A stretch of 64,000 nt of DNA from a virus. This document shows positions 53,996 to 64,000 of this stretch, piece after piece (the stretch's first letter is position 1; each line of letters begins with the position of its first letter). The notes beneath the pieces were generated by a model, which did not search any database, had not been told where the DNA came from, and saw only the letters and a list, made by a program, of their open reading frames with translations. The stretch is from positions 32,001 to 96,000 of IMG/VR virus record IMGVR_UViG_3300037452_000118; one strand, 5' to 3'. A program made the position numbers and the translations under genes.

Positions 53996-54220
53996 ATGCC
54001 ATCCGTCCCGCTGAAGGACGGTGAGTGCCGGTGGTGCGGCGAGGTACATCCGACGCCCTTCCTCTGCCCCTGGGTCAAGGCGCTGGAGTTCGCGCACGGC
54101 GATGAACGGGTGACACGCGTCGAGTTCTTGACCGCGGCGGACTTCCCGAAGGATGACCAGAAGTCGACGCCGCCGGAACAACCTGATTATCCGCGGCTGA
54201 GGCCGATCGAAGGAGGTTGA
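53996..54220 (+). CDS. Small hypothetical protein
   Basis: CRWC..H..CP. Confidence 0.5.
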   Translation: MPSVPLKDGECRWCGEVHPTPFLCPWVKALEFAHGDERVTRVEFLTAADFPKDDQKSTPPEQPDYPRLRPIEGG

Positions 54221-54222
54221 GC

Positions 54223-54893
54223 GTGCGCAAGGAGAAGATCGTCAAGGCGCCGGACTACTGCGGACGCGATTACGCCGCCGGCAGAATTTACAAACTCAAG
54301 GAATGGCCAGCCGCCCGAGCGGAGAAATGGGGCATTCGCGCCGCGCTCTCGTTCAACAGCAAGGGGACAGTCCAGATCCCGATGTCGTGGGCGGGTATCG
54401 GATGGGAGGGGCTCGCCGTCTTGGGCATCAACGCTTTCCTCGGCGGCGGCATGGACCCTGACGTAGTGATCCCCATCCTCGACGAGCTGCTGGAATGCGT
54501 TACTATCATCCGCGATCCCAAGATACGCGATGCCCAGCATCAAGTTCTCGCTACCCCTCTGGTCAGCGACGACGACATCGAGGAAGTTATCACCCGGGGT
54601 TGGCTGCGCAGCGAAGTTTTCGAGCTCCACTCGGGTTTTTCGCCGGCCGACGCCCTGTCGAAGTGGCTATCGACAGTGGAGCGCCGGCAGGACTCGTCGA
54701 AAGCTACCTCGGATATCCAAACCTCAGCCCCAAAATCGGACTCGCCCTCTCCCGCTGCCCCGAGCTGATAGGGCCGCTTAACGACACGTTGGGGCTGGAG
54801 GACTTGGAAGATATAATCGAGGTCATCATGGTCGACTCGCACAACAAGTCGATCACGGCGGCAGCGATACGGCGCAAGCAAGAGAATCAGTAA
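54223..54893 (+). CDS. Tail assembly chaperone pair with probable -1 frameshift
   Basis: Frame-0 ORF ends at 54768; slippery G GGT TTT at 54633-54639; -1 frame open to 54893; located between tube and tape measure. Confidence 0.7.
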
Positions 54894-54924
54894 GATTCGG
54901 CAAATACAAAATAGGAGACAACAG

Positions 54925-55137
54925 ATGGGTCCCGGTGAACAACTTACAGTCGCTGATCTGATCAAAGAACTGCAAAAATTTCCGATGGATGGAAAATTAG
55001 AAATGAGGGACATCAGCGTCGTTACCAAGGATGGCGCCGATCGTCCCAAGCTGATCCTCATCGTCCATGACCACGAGATGGACCCGGTTTTCCAATTTAC
55101 GGGGCCGTTTGAGCGCGGTTTCAGGAGCAAGCCATGA
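54925..55137 (+). CDS. Hypothetical protein
   Basis: SD AGGAG; LTVADLIKELQKFP. Confidence 0.65.
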   Translation: MGPGEQLTVADLIKELQKFPMDGKLEMRDISVVTKDGADRPKLILIVHDHEMDPVFQFTGPFERGFRSKP

Positions 55138-55691
55138 ATCGCAGATCAATCGTCAAGGTGCTGGCCGCCGTCCTTCCCGCCGCCGTAGTTAGCAAGTTTG
55201 CAGCGGCCGAACCGGAAGCATCAACGCCTAACCATATTCGGAAATATGAGATGGAACTGGACAAGCAGCGCGATGGGAAGCTGCCACCAGTTATTTTCAT
55301 GTCGCTACCACTGAATCGCGATGGCAGATGGTATCCGTCATACGAACCGGATACTGTGATGCACATCGAAGTCGCAGCATCAATAAACTGCACGATCGCC
55401 TTCGATACGCCGAGCAAGAGCGGCAAAGGTACCTATCATCAGTATTTTATGTCGGTTCCGCAGATGGTAAAGAACTGGCACGATCCGAATTGGCGCCAAT
55501 ACTATGGTATGCCGCGCTTCAATATCGTCGATAGGGAGCCGGATCAAATTGAAGCCAATCATAAACTTTGGGAAGAATGTGAAGCAGGCGGCATCCCGCT
55601 CAAACAGCGACCGATAGATCTACAGGTTGAGCCGACGATAGCTAACTATCGTGCGCTCGATGAGCGTATTCTAGAGGATATTTTCGGATAG
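55134..55691 (+). CDS. Moron with Tat-like signal
   Basis: MNRRSIVKVLAAVLPAAVV..AAA; lower GC. Confidence 0.6.
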   Translation: MNRRSIVKVLAAVLPAAVVSKFAAAEPEASTPNHIRKYEMELDKQRDGKLPPVIFMSLPLNRDGRWYPSYEPDTVMHIEVAASINCTIAFDTPSKSGKGTYHQYFMSVPQMVKNWHDPNWRQYYGMPRFNIVDREPDQIEANHKLWEECEAGGIPLKQRPIDLQVEPTIANYRALDERILEDIFG

Positions 55692-55703
55692 GGGTAAAGG
55701 AAC

Positions 55704-57128
55704 GTGGCCGTCCTAGACTCGCTCGTCTTGGAATTTTCTCTCGATCCCAGCAAGTTCGAGCGCGGGCGGGAACAGATTGAGTCGGATGTCAAAAAACTGA
55801 AGGAAGGGACGCAGCGCGACGCCGCAGAAACCGAGGCGTCGACCAAGAAGCTCACCGAAGTTTTCACCGGGCTGAAGCGCGAGTTCCTCGGCTTCCTCGG
55901 CATCGCCGTCGGCGGTGCCGCGGCCCGGCAGTTTTTCGACTTCCTGGTCAATCTCGACGCCTCGACATCTCGTCTGAGCCGTACGCTCGGCATCAATATC
56001 TCAGAATTAAATGCTTGGTCGATGGCGGCCAAACAGTTCGGTGGTACTGGCCAAGAAGTCGCCGGTACCATCCAGAGGCTAGGGCAAGAGATATGGAGTT
56101 TTAGATTCGGCGTCCCCAGCAATCTCCCGGGCCAGCTTAATCAACTCGGAATTGACGCTTTCGACGAAAAACGTAACCCAAAAAGTGGTGTGCAGGTATT
56201 ACGCGATCTAGCTGATTGGGCAGATCGAAACCAAATGCCGATGGCTGGCAAAGCAGCATTTTTGCAGCGCGTAATTGGCCTCGACGAAACGACCATCAAC
56301 ATGATCATCCGCGGCCGCGCGGAGCTGGAAAAGACGCTCGCGACGGTGCGGCAGAGCGAAGCGGAAATGAAGGAGGCCGGTCGCACGGCAGAGGAGTTTC
56401 AGAAAAATTGGGCGACGATTGAATCGGGGGCGATTAACGCAGGGCGCGCTATCGCAGGCCCCTTCATGAGGTCGCTGATTGACGCCGTTGCCAAGTTGAA
56501 AGAATGGACAGGTCTGTTAGACAAAAAAAAAGATCTGTCCTCGTCGTTTCTGCTGGGTGAGGGTTGGGGTACTACTGAGCCTGAAGCGCCATCTGGCAAA
56601 GCCGCGCCGGGGAGAGGAGGATCGAACTGGGGCAATTTCCTCTCTGGCCTGTCCTTTCTCGAATCGTCGCAGACTGGCGGCGGCAACGCTGGCAGCACCG
56701 CGCAAGGATTTTTTCAGTTTCTCAGAGGGACCGCCGCAAGGGCTCGATCTGCCGGTATTGCCGACCCACGATTCGGAAACTATGCGAACCAGGCAGACAG
56801 GACGAAGCGGTACATCGAGAAGTTCTATCCCGGCGCGGCGGCGGCAATCGAAAAGGGGGACTTCAAGTCAGCATCGGCCGCATTGAACAAGGAATGGCCT
56901 AGCCTGCCCGGGGGAAGCCAGCCACAGAGCGCCGCGCGCTATTCGACCTTCGCTCAAGAGCTTCAAGGCGGCGGCCCGCGGCCGCCGGGAGGCGGCGGCG
57001 GAAACATCACCGTGCAAAATATGAACGTCTATTCCAAAGCCGACGACGCGGCCGGGATCAGCCGCGACATCAAGAGCAACCTCGAACGGAATCAGTTCAC
57101 GGCGCAGGTGCCGCAGGGGACGCAGTGA
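55704..57128 (+). CDS. Short tape measure protein with C-terminal lysozyme-like domain
   Basis: Helical N-terminus; LESS..STAQGFFQF..LNKEWPSLPG. Confidence 0.75.
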   Translation: MAVLDSLVLEFSLDPSKFERGREQIESDVKKLKEGTQRDAAETEASTKKLTEVFTGLKREFLGFLGIAVGGAAARQFFDFLVNLDASTSRLSRTLGINISELNAWSMAAKQFGGTGQEVAGTIQRLGQEIWSFRFGVPSNLPGQLNQLGIDAFDEKRNPKSGVQVLRDLADWADRNQMPMAGKAAFLQRVIGLDETTINMIIRGRAELEKTLATVRQSEAEMKEAGRTAEEFQKNWATIESGAINAGRAIAGPFMRSLIDAVAKLKEWTGLLDKKKDLSSSFLLGEGWGTTEPEAPSGKAAPGRGGSNWGNFLSGLSFLESSQTGGGNAGSTAQGFFQFLRGTAARARSAGIADPRFGNYANQADRTKRYIEKFYPGAAAAIEKGDFKSASAALNKEWPSLPGGSQPQSAARYSTFAQELQGGGPRPPGGGGGNITVQNMNVYSKADDAAGISRDIKSNLERNQFTAQVPQGTQ

Positions 57129-57790
57129 TGGCGAACATCGAGCTGCTTGTGGCCGACGCCGCCGACCTGTTCCTCGGCGCCCTGCTGGGACCGTCGTGGG
57201 GCATCTACCAGAACGGGCAAGCCGTCATCCAGCCGGCGAACCAATTCAGCGGACTGGTCACGTCGGCGCTGAGCACGCTATCGGACATCGCCTCCATCAT
57301 CGGGGTTCCCGGCCTTGTTCCGGTCGTCGCGTCGACGGTGTCCTTCGACTTCGCGCAGGACTGGCCGATCTCAAATTATCCGCAGGAACAAGGCGCATTC
57401 CAGAGTTACAACAAGGTAACGTTGCCCTACGACATCAAACTCCGGATGACGTGCCAGGGAGACGAAGCAACTCGCCAGGCCTTTCTGAACACCTGCATCG
57501 CCATCGCGAACGCGCCGGCGCCGACGGTCTTTGATATCCAGACGCCGGAAATCGTCTTCACGAGCTGCAGCGCAACGCACATCAGTTGGCGCCGGGAATC
57601 CGATCATGGTGCCACGCTGATAGTTGTCGAACTCTGGTTCCAGAAAATTGCGGTGACCTCAAGTACGACGTTCGAAAACACCCAGCAGCCCGGAGATGCC
57701 TCGCCTCAATCGCTCGGCAACGGCCAAGCGAAGGCGCCGGGCCAAGACATCAATCAACAGCTCACGGCGGGCACATTGGCGGTCCAATAA
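57128..57790 (+). CDS. Baseplate/tail-tube initiator protein
   Basis: WGIY..ISNYPQEQGAFQSYNKV. Confidence 0.75.
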   Translation: MANIELLVADAADLFLGALLGPSWGIYQNGQAVIQPANQFSGLVTSALSTLSDIASIIGVPGLVPVVASTVSFDFAQDWPISNYPQEQGAFQSYNKVTLPYDIKLRMTCQGDEATRQAFLNTCIAIANAPAPTVFDIQTPEIVFTSCSATHISWRRESDHGATLIVVELWFQKIAVTSSTTFENTQQPGDASPQSLGNGQAKAPGQDINQQLTAGTLAVQ

Positions 57791-58110
57791 TGCTCATAGT
57801 CCCCTTGCAAACGCTGCCTAACCAAACGCTTCAGGTCCAGCTCAACGGCCAAGCCTGCACGCTGAATGTCTTCCAATATGCTTACGGGCTTTTTACCTCG
57901 ATCACGGTAGGGGCGATACCGATCGTCAACAGCGTGATATGCGAGAATTTGGTGCGGCTGGTACGCGACGTGTATCTTGGCTTCGTCGGCGATCTTGTAT
58001 TCGTCGATACGCAGGGCAGCGAAAACCCAAACTATACCGAACTCGGTACGCGATGGCAGCTCGTCTATCTCGACCCCGCTGACCTTGCCGCTCTCAACAT
58101 AGCGGGGTGA
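57790..58110 (+). CDS. Baseplate component
   Basis: PNQTLQVQLNGQ..YLGFVGDLVFVDTQG..LGTRWQLVY. Confidence 0.75.
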   Translation: MLIVPLQTLPNQTLQVQLNGQACTLNVFQYAYGLFTSITVGAIPIVNSVICENLVRLVRDVYLGFVGDLVFVDTQGSENPNYTELGTRWQLVYLDPADLAALNIAG

Positions 58111-58111
58111 C

Positions 58112-59131
58112 ATGGTCACCCGCATCACGATCAACAAGGCGTCGCCGGCCGCGGTCCAGCAGCGCAGCCTGTCGAGCTTCACTCAAAAGCTGATCAGCGT
58201 CTCGATTCAACTGGCCGACAATCCCGGTACTAATCAGCCTAATTTCTTCAATCTGCCCGACGGGTCACAGGCATCATCGGCGACCTTTTCCAACCCTACT
58301 ACCGGTCAGCAGTTGCGCACCAGCGTGAGGATTCAAAATTCGGGATCACCATCCTACAGCGCCGCGCAAGTTCGTATCTGGGGGCTGCCGCTATCGGTAG
58401 TGAACCAACTTTCGACGCTGGGTATGCAGCTCAACCTGATCCCGAAAAACAACATCGCGGTGATGGCCGGTGACAGCATTTCCGGACTTTCGACGGTTTT
58501 CACCGGGACCATCCAACAAGCCTACGCCGACTTCAACGCGATGCCGGATACACCGATGTGCTTTGAGTGTCGCTTCGGTCTCGGTCCAGGAACGGCGCTG
58601 GCGAAGCCGGGCAGCTTTCCCGGCTCGCAGAGCGTGGCGAGCATCATGCAGACCTATGCCAAGGCTCTGAGCCTCAATTTCGAGAACAACGGCGTCAACG
58701 GCAACCTTTCAAAGTCATACTTCAAAGGATCGCTGATCGATCAGGTCGCCGCGTGCCGCGACGCCGCCGGCATCGGCGCCGAGTTTGTCGACGGCGGAAC
58801 GACGCTTGCCATCTTTCCAAAGTTTGGTTCCCGCGCGACGCAACCTATCCCGGTTATCTCCGCCCCACTATCAGACGGGACCGGCACGATGATCACTTAT
58901 CCGTCCTACACCCAGCAAGGTATTTTGGTTCACACGCTGTTCGATCCCGCGATCAAGTTCTTCGGACAAGCGCAAGTCCAAAGCAGCCTATACAAGGCGA
59001 GCGGACTCTGGGTAGTGCACAAGCTCGATCTGGCGCTCGATGCCATGCTGCCGAACGGCGAGTGGAAGGCCGATGTCTACTGCTACGCGCCGGGCAACAA
59101 AACCTCGACGCCGATCATGCCGCCGCCATGA
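58112..59131 (+). CDS. Baseplate hub protein
   Basis: AQVRIWGL..VFTGTI..FENNGV..YPS. Confidence 0.75.
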   Translation: MVTRITINKASPAAVQQRSLSSFTQKLISVSIQLADNPGTNQPNFFNLPDGSQASSATFSNPTTGQQLRTSVRIQNSGSPSYSAAQVRIWGLPLSVVNQLSTLGMQLNLIPKNNIAVMAGDSISGLSTVFTGTIQQAYADFNAMPDTPMCFECRFGLGPGTALAKPGSFPGSQSVASIMQTYAKALSLNFENNGVNGNLSKSYFKGSLIDQVAACRDAAGIGAEFVDGGTTLAIFPKFGSRATQPIPVISAPLSDGTGTMITYPSYTQQGILVHTLFDPAIKFFGQAQVQSSLYKASGLWVVHKLDLALDAMLPNGEWKADVYCYAPGNKTSTPIMPPP

Positions 59132-59841
59132 CCCAAACCGCAGACCAAGGCAGCATCGGGGCCAGCCAGCAGGGGCCGAACGACTCCTCGTCGGAGTACA
59201 GCAAGGTCGCCTTCCTGGTCCGCCAGATTCAGGCCCAGCTCGAGATAATGATGCCGGTCGAGGTTGTGACCTTTCATGCCGGCTCCGGCTCGCCGCCGGG
59301 GCCGGGTACCGTCGATGTTCAGCTCCTCGTCAGCCAGCTCGACGGCAACGGCAATGCGGTACCGCACGGCATCGTTTATGGTCTGCCGTATTGGCGACTA
59401 CAGGGCGGTCCCTGGGCCGTGATCCTCGATCCGGCGGCGAACGACTTCGGCTTCATCATCGCGGCATCGCGGGATATCACGTCGGTCCAGGCCAACCCAG
59501 GCATCCAGAACCCGGGATCGCTGCGCAAATACAGCTACAGCGACGGAATTTACCTCGGCGGCATCTTCAACGCCGTCCCGGCGGCGATTCTCTGGCTAAA
59601 GTCTGACGGTACCCTCCAGGTGACCGATGCGCCGGGAAATGTCATAAGCACTTCGGCGGCAGGAATCACGGCGACGCCGGTCAGCGGGGGAGCTTTCATC
59701 GTGAACGGTCCGATCAACGCTACCGGCAAGATCACGGCGCCCGACTTCTCGGACGGCACTGTCATCAGTATCCTGACCCACACGCATGGCGGCGTTCAAA
59801 CCGGTAGCGGTACGACCGGGCCGCCGACGCCGGGGAGCTGA
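59128..59841 (+). CDS. Baseplate spike protein
   Basis: GTVDVQLLV..PYWRLQGG..RDI..C-terminal HTH metal site (THTHGGV). Confidence 0.82.
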   Translation: MTQTADQGSIGASQQGPNDSSSEYSKVAFLVRQIQAQLEIMMPVEVVTFHAGSGSPPGPGTVDVQLLVSQLDGNGNAVPHGIVYGLPYWRLQGGPWAVILDPAANDFGFIIAASRDITSVQANPGIQNPGSLRKYSYSDGIYLGGIFNAVPAAILWLKSDGTLQVTDAPGNVISTSAAGITATPVSGGAFIVNGPINATGKITAPDFSDGTVISILTHTHGGVQTGSGTTGPPTPGS

Positions 59842-59847
59842 TGCGCG

Positions 59848-60237
59848 ATGGCAAATGCCTCCCTGCTTTTGGACGCAACATGGGATTTGACGCTCGATAG
59901 CAGCGGGAACATCGCCGTCGTACTGTCGCCGACTTCGCTCGCGCAGGACGCCGCGTCGGCAATCCAAACCTACCTCGGTGAAGTATATCTCGATACCACG
60001 GTCGGCGTGCCGTGGCTGACGCAGGTCCTCGGCGTCAATCCGCCCCCTACGCTGTCGCTGCTGAAGCAGATTTTGGTCACCGCGGCGCTTTCCGCCAACA
60101 CCGAGATCGCATCGGCGCAAGTCTTTTTGACCAGCTTCTCAAACCGTTCCGTTGGGGGCCAGGTCCAAGTGATTAGTACGGCTGGCCAGCTTACCGCGGC
60201 GGACTTTTCCGTGGTGAATCCGCAGGGGGCCGGCTGA
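59848..60237 (+). CDS. Baseplate wedge/sheath initiator (gp25-like)
   Basis: [33 protein letters not shown]. Confidence 0.75.
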   Translation: MANASLLLDATWDLTLDSSGNIAVVLSPTSLAQDAASAIQTYLGEVYLDTTVGVPWLTQVLGVNPPPTLSLLKQILVTAALSANTEIASAQVFLTSFSNRSVGGQVQVISTAGQLTAADFSVVNPQGAG

Positions 60238-60238
60238 G

Positions 60239-62128
60239 ATGGCAAACATCGGAACGACGAATGTCCCGGGAATCGTGTGGGGAGCTAATGGCCCGCAGGC
60301 GCCGTCTACCGCGGCTATCCTTGGCGGCGTTCAATCTGACTACAATATAGCCTTCAATATCTCATTCAATTGGAACGGTACGACCCCGCAAGGGCAGTTG
60401 ACGACGACGACCGCTGCACTGCTCGCCAATTACAACCAGGTCCTAATTTACTACGCCTCGCAGGTCGACCCGGCCTTCTCGCAGGGCCGGATGCAGGACG
60501 CCATCCTGCGCATCAACTTCCTCACCCGCAAGCCGGCGCAGTCGACGGTGCTCCAGATTTCCTGCAACGGCGCCGGGGCGTCCATCCCGGCCGGCCCGCT
60601 CGTCTACGGCACCGTCGTCGATTCATCGGGCAACCTCTACCAGTGCACCGGGTCCGGCACGCTGCCCGCGGCCGGCGGCTCGATCGTGCTGTCCTTCGCC
60701 GCGGTCACCCCAGGCCCGATCGCGGTGCCGAGCTCGGTGAAGATATATCAAGCCATCCCTGGGTGGGATTCGGCGGCCGTGATCTCCGGCGTCGTCGGCA
60801 ACAACACGGAAACCTCGCAGCAGGCCGAGCTGAGGCGGCAGCTCTCCGTGGCGGCGAACGCCCGCAATACCAACTCCGCGGTCCTGGGCGCCGTTCTCTC
60901 CGTCCCCGGGGTGCTCGACGCCTACGTCATCGACAACCCGACGAACTCGCCGGCGACGATCGGCGGCTACACCTTGGCGGCGCGCTCGATCTACGTCGCC
61001 GTGACGGGGGGCATCGCGCAGGCAGTCGGCAACGCGATCTGGACGAAGAAGCCGCCTGGCATCCCGATGAACGGCAACACGTCGGTGACGGTGACCGACC
61101 AGAACCCGGCCTACTCGCCGCCCTACCCCTCCTACACGATCACCTTCGAGACGCCGGCGCCGCTGCCGGTCTACTTCGCGGTCAACATCGCCAACAGCGG
61201 CCTCGTGCCGTCGAACGCCGCCGCGCAGGTCCAGACCGCCATCGTCAACGCCTTCAACGGGGCGAACACCGGCTCGAGCTTCACCGGCTCCATATCTGGC
61301 AACGTGCTCAACGTGACGGCCGTGGCGTCGGGGACTATCGTCGTCGGCCAATCGCTCGGCGGGGCCGGCGTCGTCCCCGGCACCACGATCTCGGCGCTGC
61401 TCACCGGGGCCGGGAACGCCGGCACCTACATCGTCAGCACGCCGCAGAACGTCGCCTCGACGGCGATGACTACGGCGCCGACGACGAACTTGACGGTGCC
61501 GCCGAAGGCCAGGATCGGCTCCGTGGTCTACGCCAGCCAGTACGGCGCCGCGGTCGCCGCGCTGGGCTCCTGGGCGGCCGTGAAGTCGATCCTGTGCGGC
61601 TCCGCCAACGACTCCGACGCCGCCTCCGTGGTCGGCTCCATCTCGGGCACCACGCTGACGGTGAGGTCCGTCACGTCCGGCGCGCTCGTCGTCGGGCAGT
61701 GGCTCACCGGGTTCGATTCCAACGGCGCCATCACGCCCGGGACGACGATCGCGGCCTTCAACACCGGGGTCGGCGGCACCGGGACTTACACCGTCAGCAA
61801 CCCGCAGAACCTCGGCGGCGCCATCTTCACGGGGACCAACGGGACCGGGGCCACGCTGACCGCGACCGGGGTCAGCGGCACCGTCGGCGTCGGCGACGTC
61901 ATCTCCGGGATCGGCGTCCCTTCCGGCACCACGATCACCGGCCAACTGTCCGGCACCATCGGCGGCAACGGCGTCTACACGACGTCGGTCCAGACCAGCT
62001 CGTCCGGCGCCACGATCACCTGCGGGATACAGATAACGGCGGTCGCCGCGACCCAGAACTTGGTCGCCGTCGGCATAGCGCAGGAGCCGACGATCGCGCC
62101 TCAGAACATTTCCGTAAGCGTCACATGA
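60239..62128 (+). CDS. Baseplate J-like wedge protein with three beta-rich repeats
   Basis: [40 protein letters not shown]. Confidence 0.88.
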   Translation: MANIGTTNVPGIVWGANGPQAPSTAAILGGVQSDYNIAFNISFNWNGTTPQGQLTTTTAALLANYNQVLIYYASQVDPAFSQGRMQDAILRINFLTRKPAQSTVLQISCNGAGASIPAGPLVYGTVVDSSGNLYQCTGSGTLPAAGGSIVLSFAAVTPGPIAVPSSVKIYQAIPGWDSAAVISGVVGNNTETSQQAELRRQLSVAANARNTNSAVLGAVLSVPGVLDAYVIDNPTNSPATIGGYTLAARSIYVAVTGGIAQAVGNAIWTKKPPGIPMNGNTSVTVTDQNPAYSPPYPSYTITFETPAPLPVYFAVNIANSGLVPSNAAAQVQTAIVNAFNGANTGSSFTGSISGNVLNVTAVASGTIVVGQSLGGAGVVPGTTISALLTGAGNAGTYIVSTPQNVASTAMTTAPTTNLTVPPKARIGSVVYASQYGAAVAALGSWAAVKSILCGSANDSDAASVVGSISGTTLTVRSVTSGALVVGQWLTGFDSNGAITPGTTIAAFNTGVGGTGTYTVSNPQNLGGAIFTGTNGTGATLTATGVSGTVGVGDVISGIGVPSGTTITGQLSGTIGGNGVYTTSVQTSSSGATITCGIQITAVAATQNLVAVGIAQEPTIAPQNISVSVT

Positions 62129-62217
62129 ACGAACTCGCGAACCACGCTACAATGCAAGACCGCCGATTCCTTGCAGGGAATCGACGGCCTCTAACCTCAA
62201 TCCGAACGGAGCGGACT

Positions 62218-62787
62218 ATGGCTGCACGTGAAGATATTACCGCCGCACTTGTGCGGCAACTGCTCGATTACAATCCACAAACCGGAGAATTAATTTGGAA
62301 AATCCGTACGCCGGATATGTTCTTTAGTTCTGGCAATTGGTCAGCAGAATTGAAGTGCAAGCGCTTCAACGAAACGACCGCAGGGCAGCGCGCCGGATGC
62401 TTCAGTAAGGAAGGCTATTTGCAAGTCAAATTTGGCGGACGCCAATATCGCGCTCACAGGCTGATATGGCTGATCGTATTCGGAGAATTTCCGGCAGAAG
62501 AAATTGATCACCTCAATGGTAAAAGAGATGACAATTCTTTGGCAAATCTTCGTTTGGCCAACCGCTCTGGAAATATGCAAAACAAAGGAAAGGGCGCAAA
62601 TAATACGAGTGGCGTCATCGGCGTATATTGGCATAAACCGAGAAACAAATGGCGCGCCATTATCCGGTATAATGGACGAAGAATTGATTTGGGGCGGTTT
62701 GATCGAATCGAAGATGCTGCCAACGCCTATTTAGAAGCAAAGAAAAAATATCATTCATTTCAGCCGGTCCCGCGGGAGCTTCTCTGA
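62218..62787 (+). CDS. HNH-AP2 homing endonuclease
   Basis: YRAHRLIW..IDHLNGKRDDN..NLR; SGVIGVYW..KWRA..LGRF. Confidence 0.9.
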   Translation: MAAREDITAALVRQLLDYNPQTGELIWKIRTPDMFFSSGNWSAELKCKRFNETTAGQRAGCFSKEGYLQVKFGGRQYRAHRLIWLIVFGEFPAEEIDHLNGKRDDNSLANLRLANRSGNMQNKGKGANNTSGVIGVYWHKPRNKWRAIIRYNGRRIDLGRFDRIEDAANAYLEAKKKYHSFQPVPRELL

Positions 62788-63464
62788 TGCCATATAGCCC
62801 AGGGCCCCCGGTACCCCACCCCAATCCGGTCCCCGGCAGCAACGCCATCGGGACCTTCGTCATCGGCACATCGCCGATCGGGACGATCCCGCCGTTCGAT
62901 TGGCTGCAAACGCTGCTAATGCAGTATGCTAATTCCAAAATTCTTTTCACGCTCTGCAACAACATGGCGCAATACATTGACCCGACGCTAAACCTCGACG
63001 AGTTCTTCGATGTCCTTTGGAATGTGGATACCGCCATCGGAGTGGGTTTAGACAACTGGGGCGCCATCGTCGGCGTCGGCCGCGTTCTGCAGCTGCCCAA
63101 CATTTCCAGTTTTTTCGGTTTCGAGGAATCCGGGACGCCGACGACGCGCACCGGGTTCGGACAGTCGTCGTTCTTCAGCGGCCAGAGCGTCACCGGCAAC
63201 TTCACGCTCACCGACGCCGCGTACCGGCCGCTGGTCCTGACGAAGGCTTTGGCGAACATCTGCGACGGATCGATCCCGGCGGTGAACCAGATCCTCATCA
63301 ACCTTTTCCCCGGCATCGGGAACAGCTATGTTGCCGACGGGCTCGACATGACGGAAACGTACACCTTCTCGGCGCCGCTCTCCGCGCTCCAGCAGGCGAT
63401 CGTGCAGAACTCCGGCGTTCTGCCGCGCACCGTCGGCGTCACCGCCAACGTCTCCTTCCCATGA
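62787..63464 (+). CDS. Baseplate wedge protein (DUF2612-like)
   Basis: QYANS..WNVDTA.G.GLDNWGAIVGV.R..KALANI. Confidence 0.85.
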   Translation: MPYSPGPPVPHPNPVPGSNAIGTFVIGTSPIGTIPPFDWLQTLLMQYANSKILFTLCNNMAQYIDPTLNLDEFFDVLWNVDTAIGVGLDNWGAIVGVGRVLQLPNISSFFGFEESGTPTTRTGFGQSSFFSGQSVTGNFTLTDAAYRPLVLTKALANICDGSIPAVNQILINLFPGIGNSYVADGLDMTETYTFSAPLSALQQAIVQNSGVLPRTVGVTANVSFP

Positions 63465-63479
63465 CGAGGGGAAAAGAAA

Positions 63480-64000
63480 ATGCAGTCCGCTAACATCCCG
63501 GTGAAAATAACGGTGACGTGGGGAGCCTCCGCCCCCGCCGGCGACATCACCTACCCGATGCCGGTGCCCTCGCAGATTTCCATCACCCCGGGGCGGGCCT
63601 CGTTCACCGACGGTTTCCCGCCGGACAATTTTTTGCCGCCGGGAGGCGGCGGCGTCCCGCCGTTCGGGCAGGACTTCAACGGCATCGTGTCGCAGATCAC
63701 GCGCTGGACGCAGTGGCAGAACGCCGGGGCGCAGATTCTCTACGATCCTTCGTTCTCCTCCGCCGTCGGCGGCTACCCGAAGTGGGCGATGCTCGCCAAC
63801 GCGGCGACGCCCGGCCTGTTCTGGGTCTCCACCGTCGAGAACAACACCAGCGACCCAGATACCGGCGGCGCGAACTGGGCCAACCCAGGCCTTTTCGCCG
63901 GCGGCACCGTGGTCGGCACATGGCCGTCGCTGACCATCACGAACTCGGGGGTGACCGCAGGGACTTACACCAACCCGACCATCACGGTCGGCGCCGACGG
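63480..64000 (+). CDS. Tail fibre protein, N-terminal part (runs off the window)
   Basis: Hand translation GRASFTDGFPP..GGVPPFGQDFNGI..GGYPK. Confidence 0.8.
   Translation, partial: MQSANIPVKITVTWGASAPAGDITYPMPVPSQISITPGRASFTDGFPPDNFLPPGGGGVPPFGQDFNGIVSQITRWTQWQNAGAQILYDPSFSSAVGGYPKWAMLANAATPGLFWVSTVENNTSDPDTGGANWANPGLFAGGTVVGTWPSLTITNSGVTAGTYTNPTITVGAD

Noticed and set aside
60370-62217. 805-aa ORF as a large HNH fusion
   Set aside because: The upstream part is an alternative frame over baseplate J; the endonuclease plausibly starts at 62218 after a GGAG SD.

Overview
This 64-kb, GC-rich window is part of a tailed dsDNA phage or prophage genome with a contractile (myovirus-type) tail. An alphaproteobacterial host is plausible but inferred. 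Left to right: a glycosyltransferase/radical-SAM/methyltransferase cluster; terminase; a 2407-aa portal fused to kinase-like, Nudix, 2H-phosphoesterase (Acb1-like) and ADP-ribosyltransferase domains; a reverse-strand cluster of small genes; an IS1595 element; MuF; a 39-tRNA array covering all 20 amino acids; a multidomain prohead protease; and capsid, neck, tail and baseplate genes with four free-standing homing endonucleases. The most striking element is at 2178-4711: an RHH regulator, a stand-alone Cas7-like RAMP gene, a partner gene and two non-coding arrays of strict 5-nt units (G-led triplet + variable NN) punctuated by GACCAAC. Reading only the NN dinucleotides of two array units gives gapped matches (codon positions 1-2, wobble skipped) to diverged versions of the two genes flanking the module. 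This points to an RNA-guided system with a non-contiguous targeting code aimed at related phage alleles. All calls were made by eye; no database search was run.
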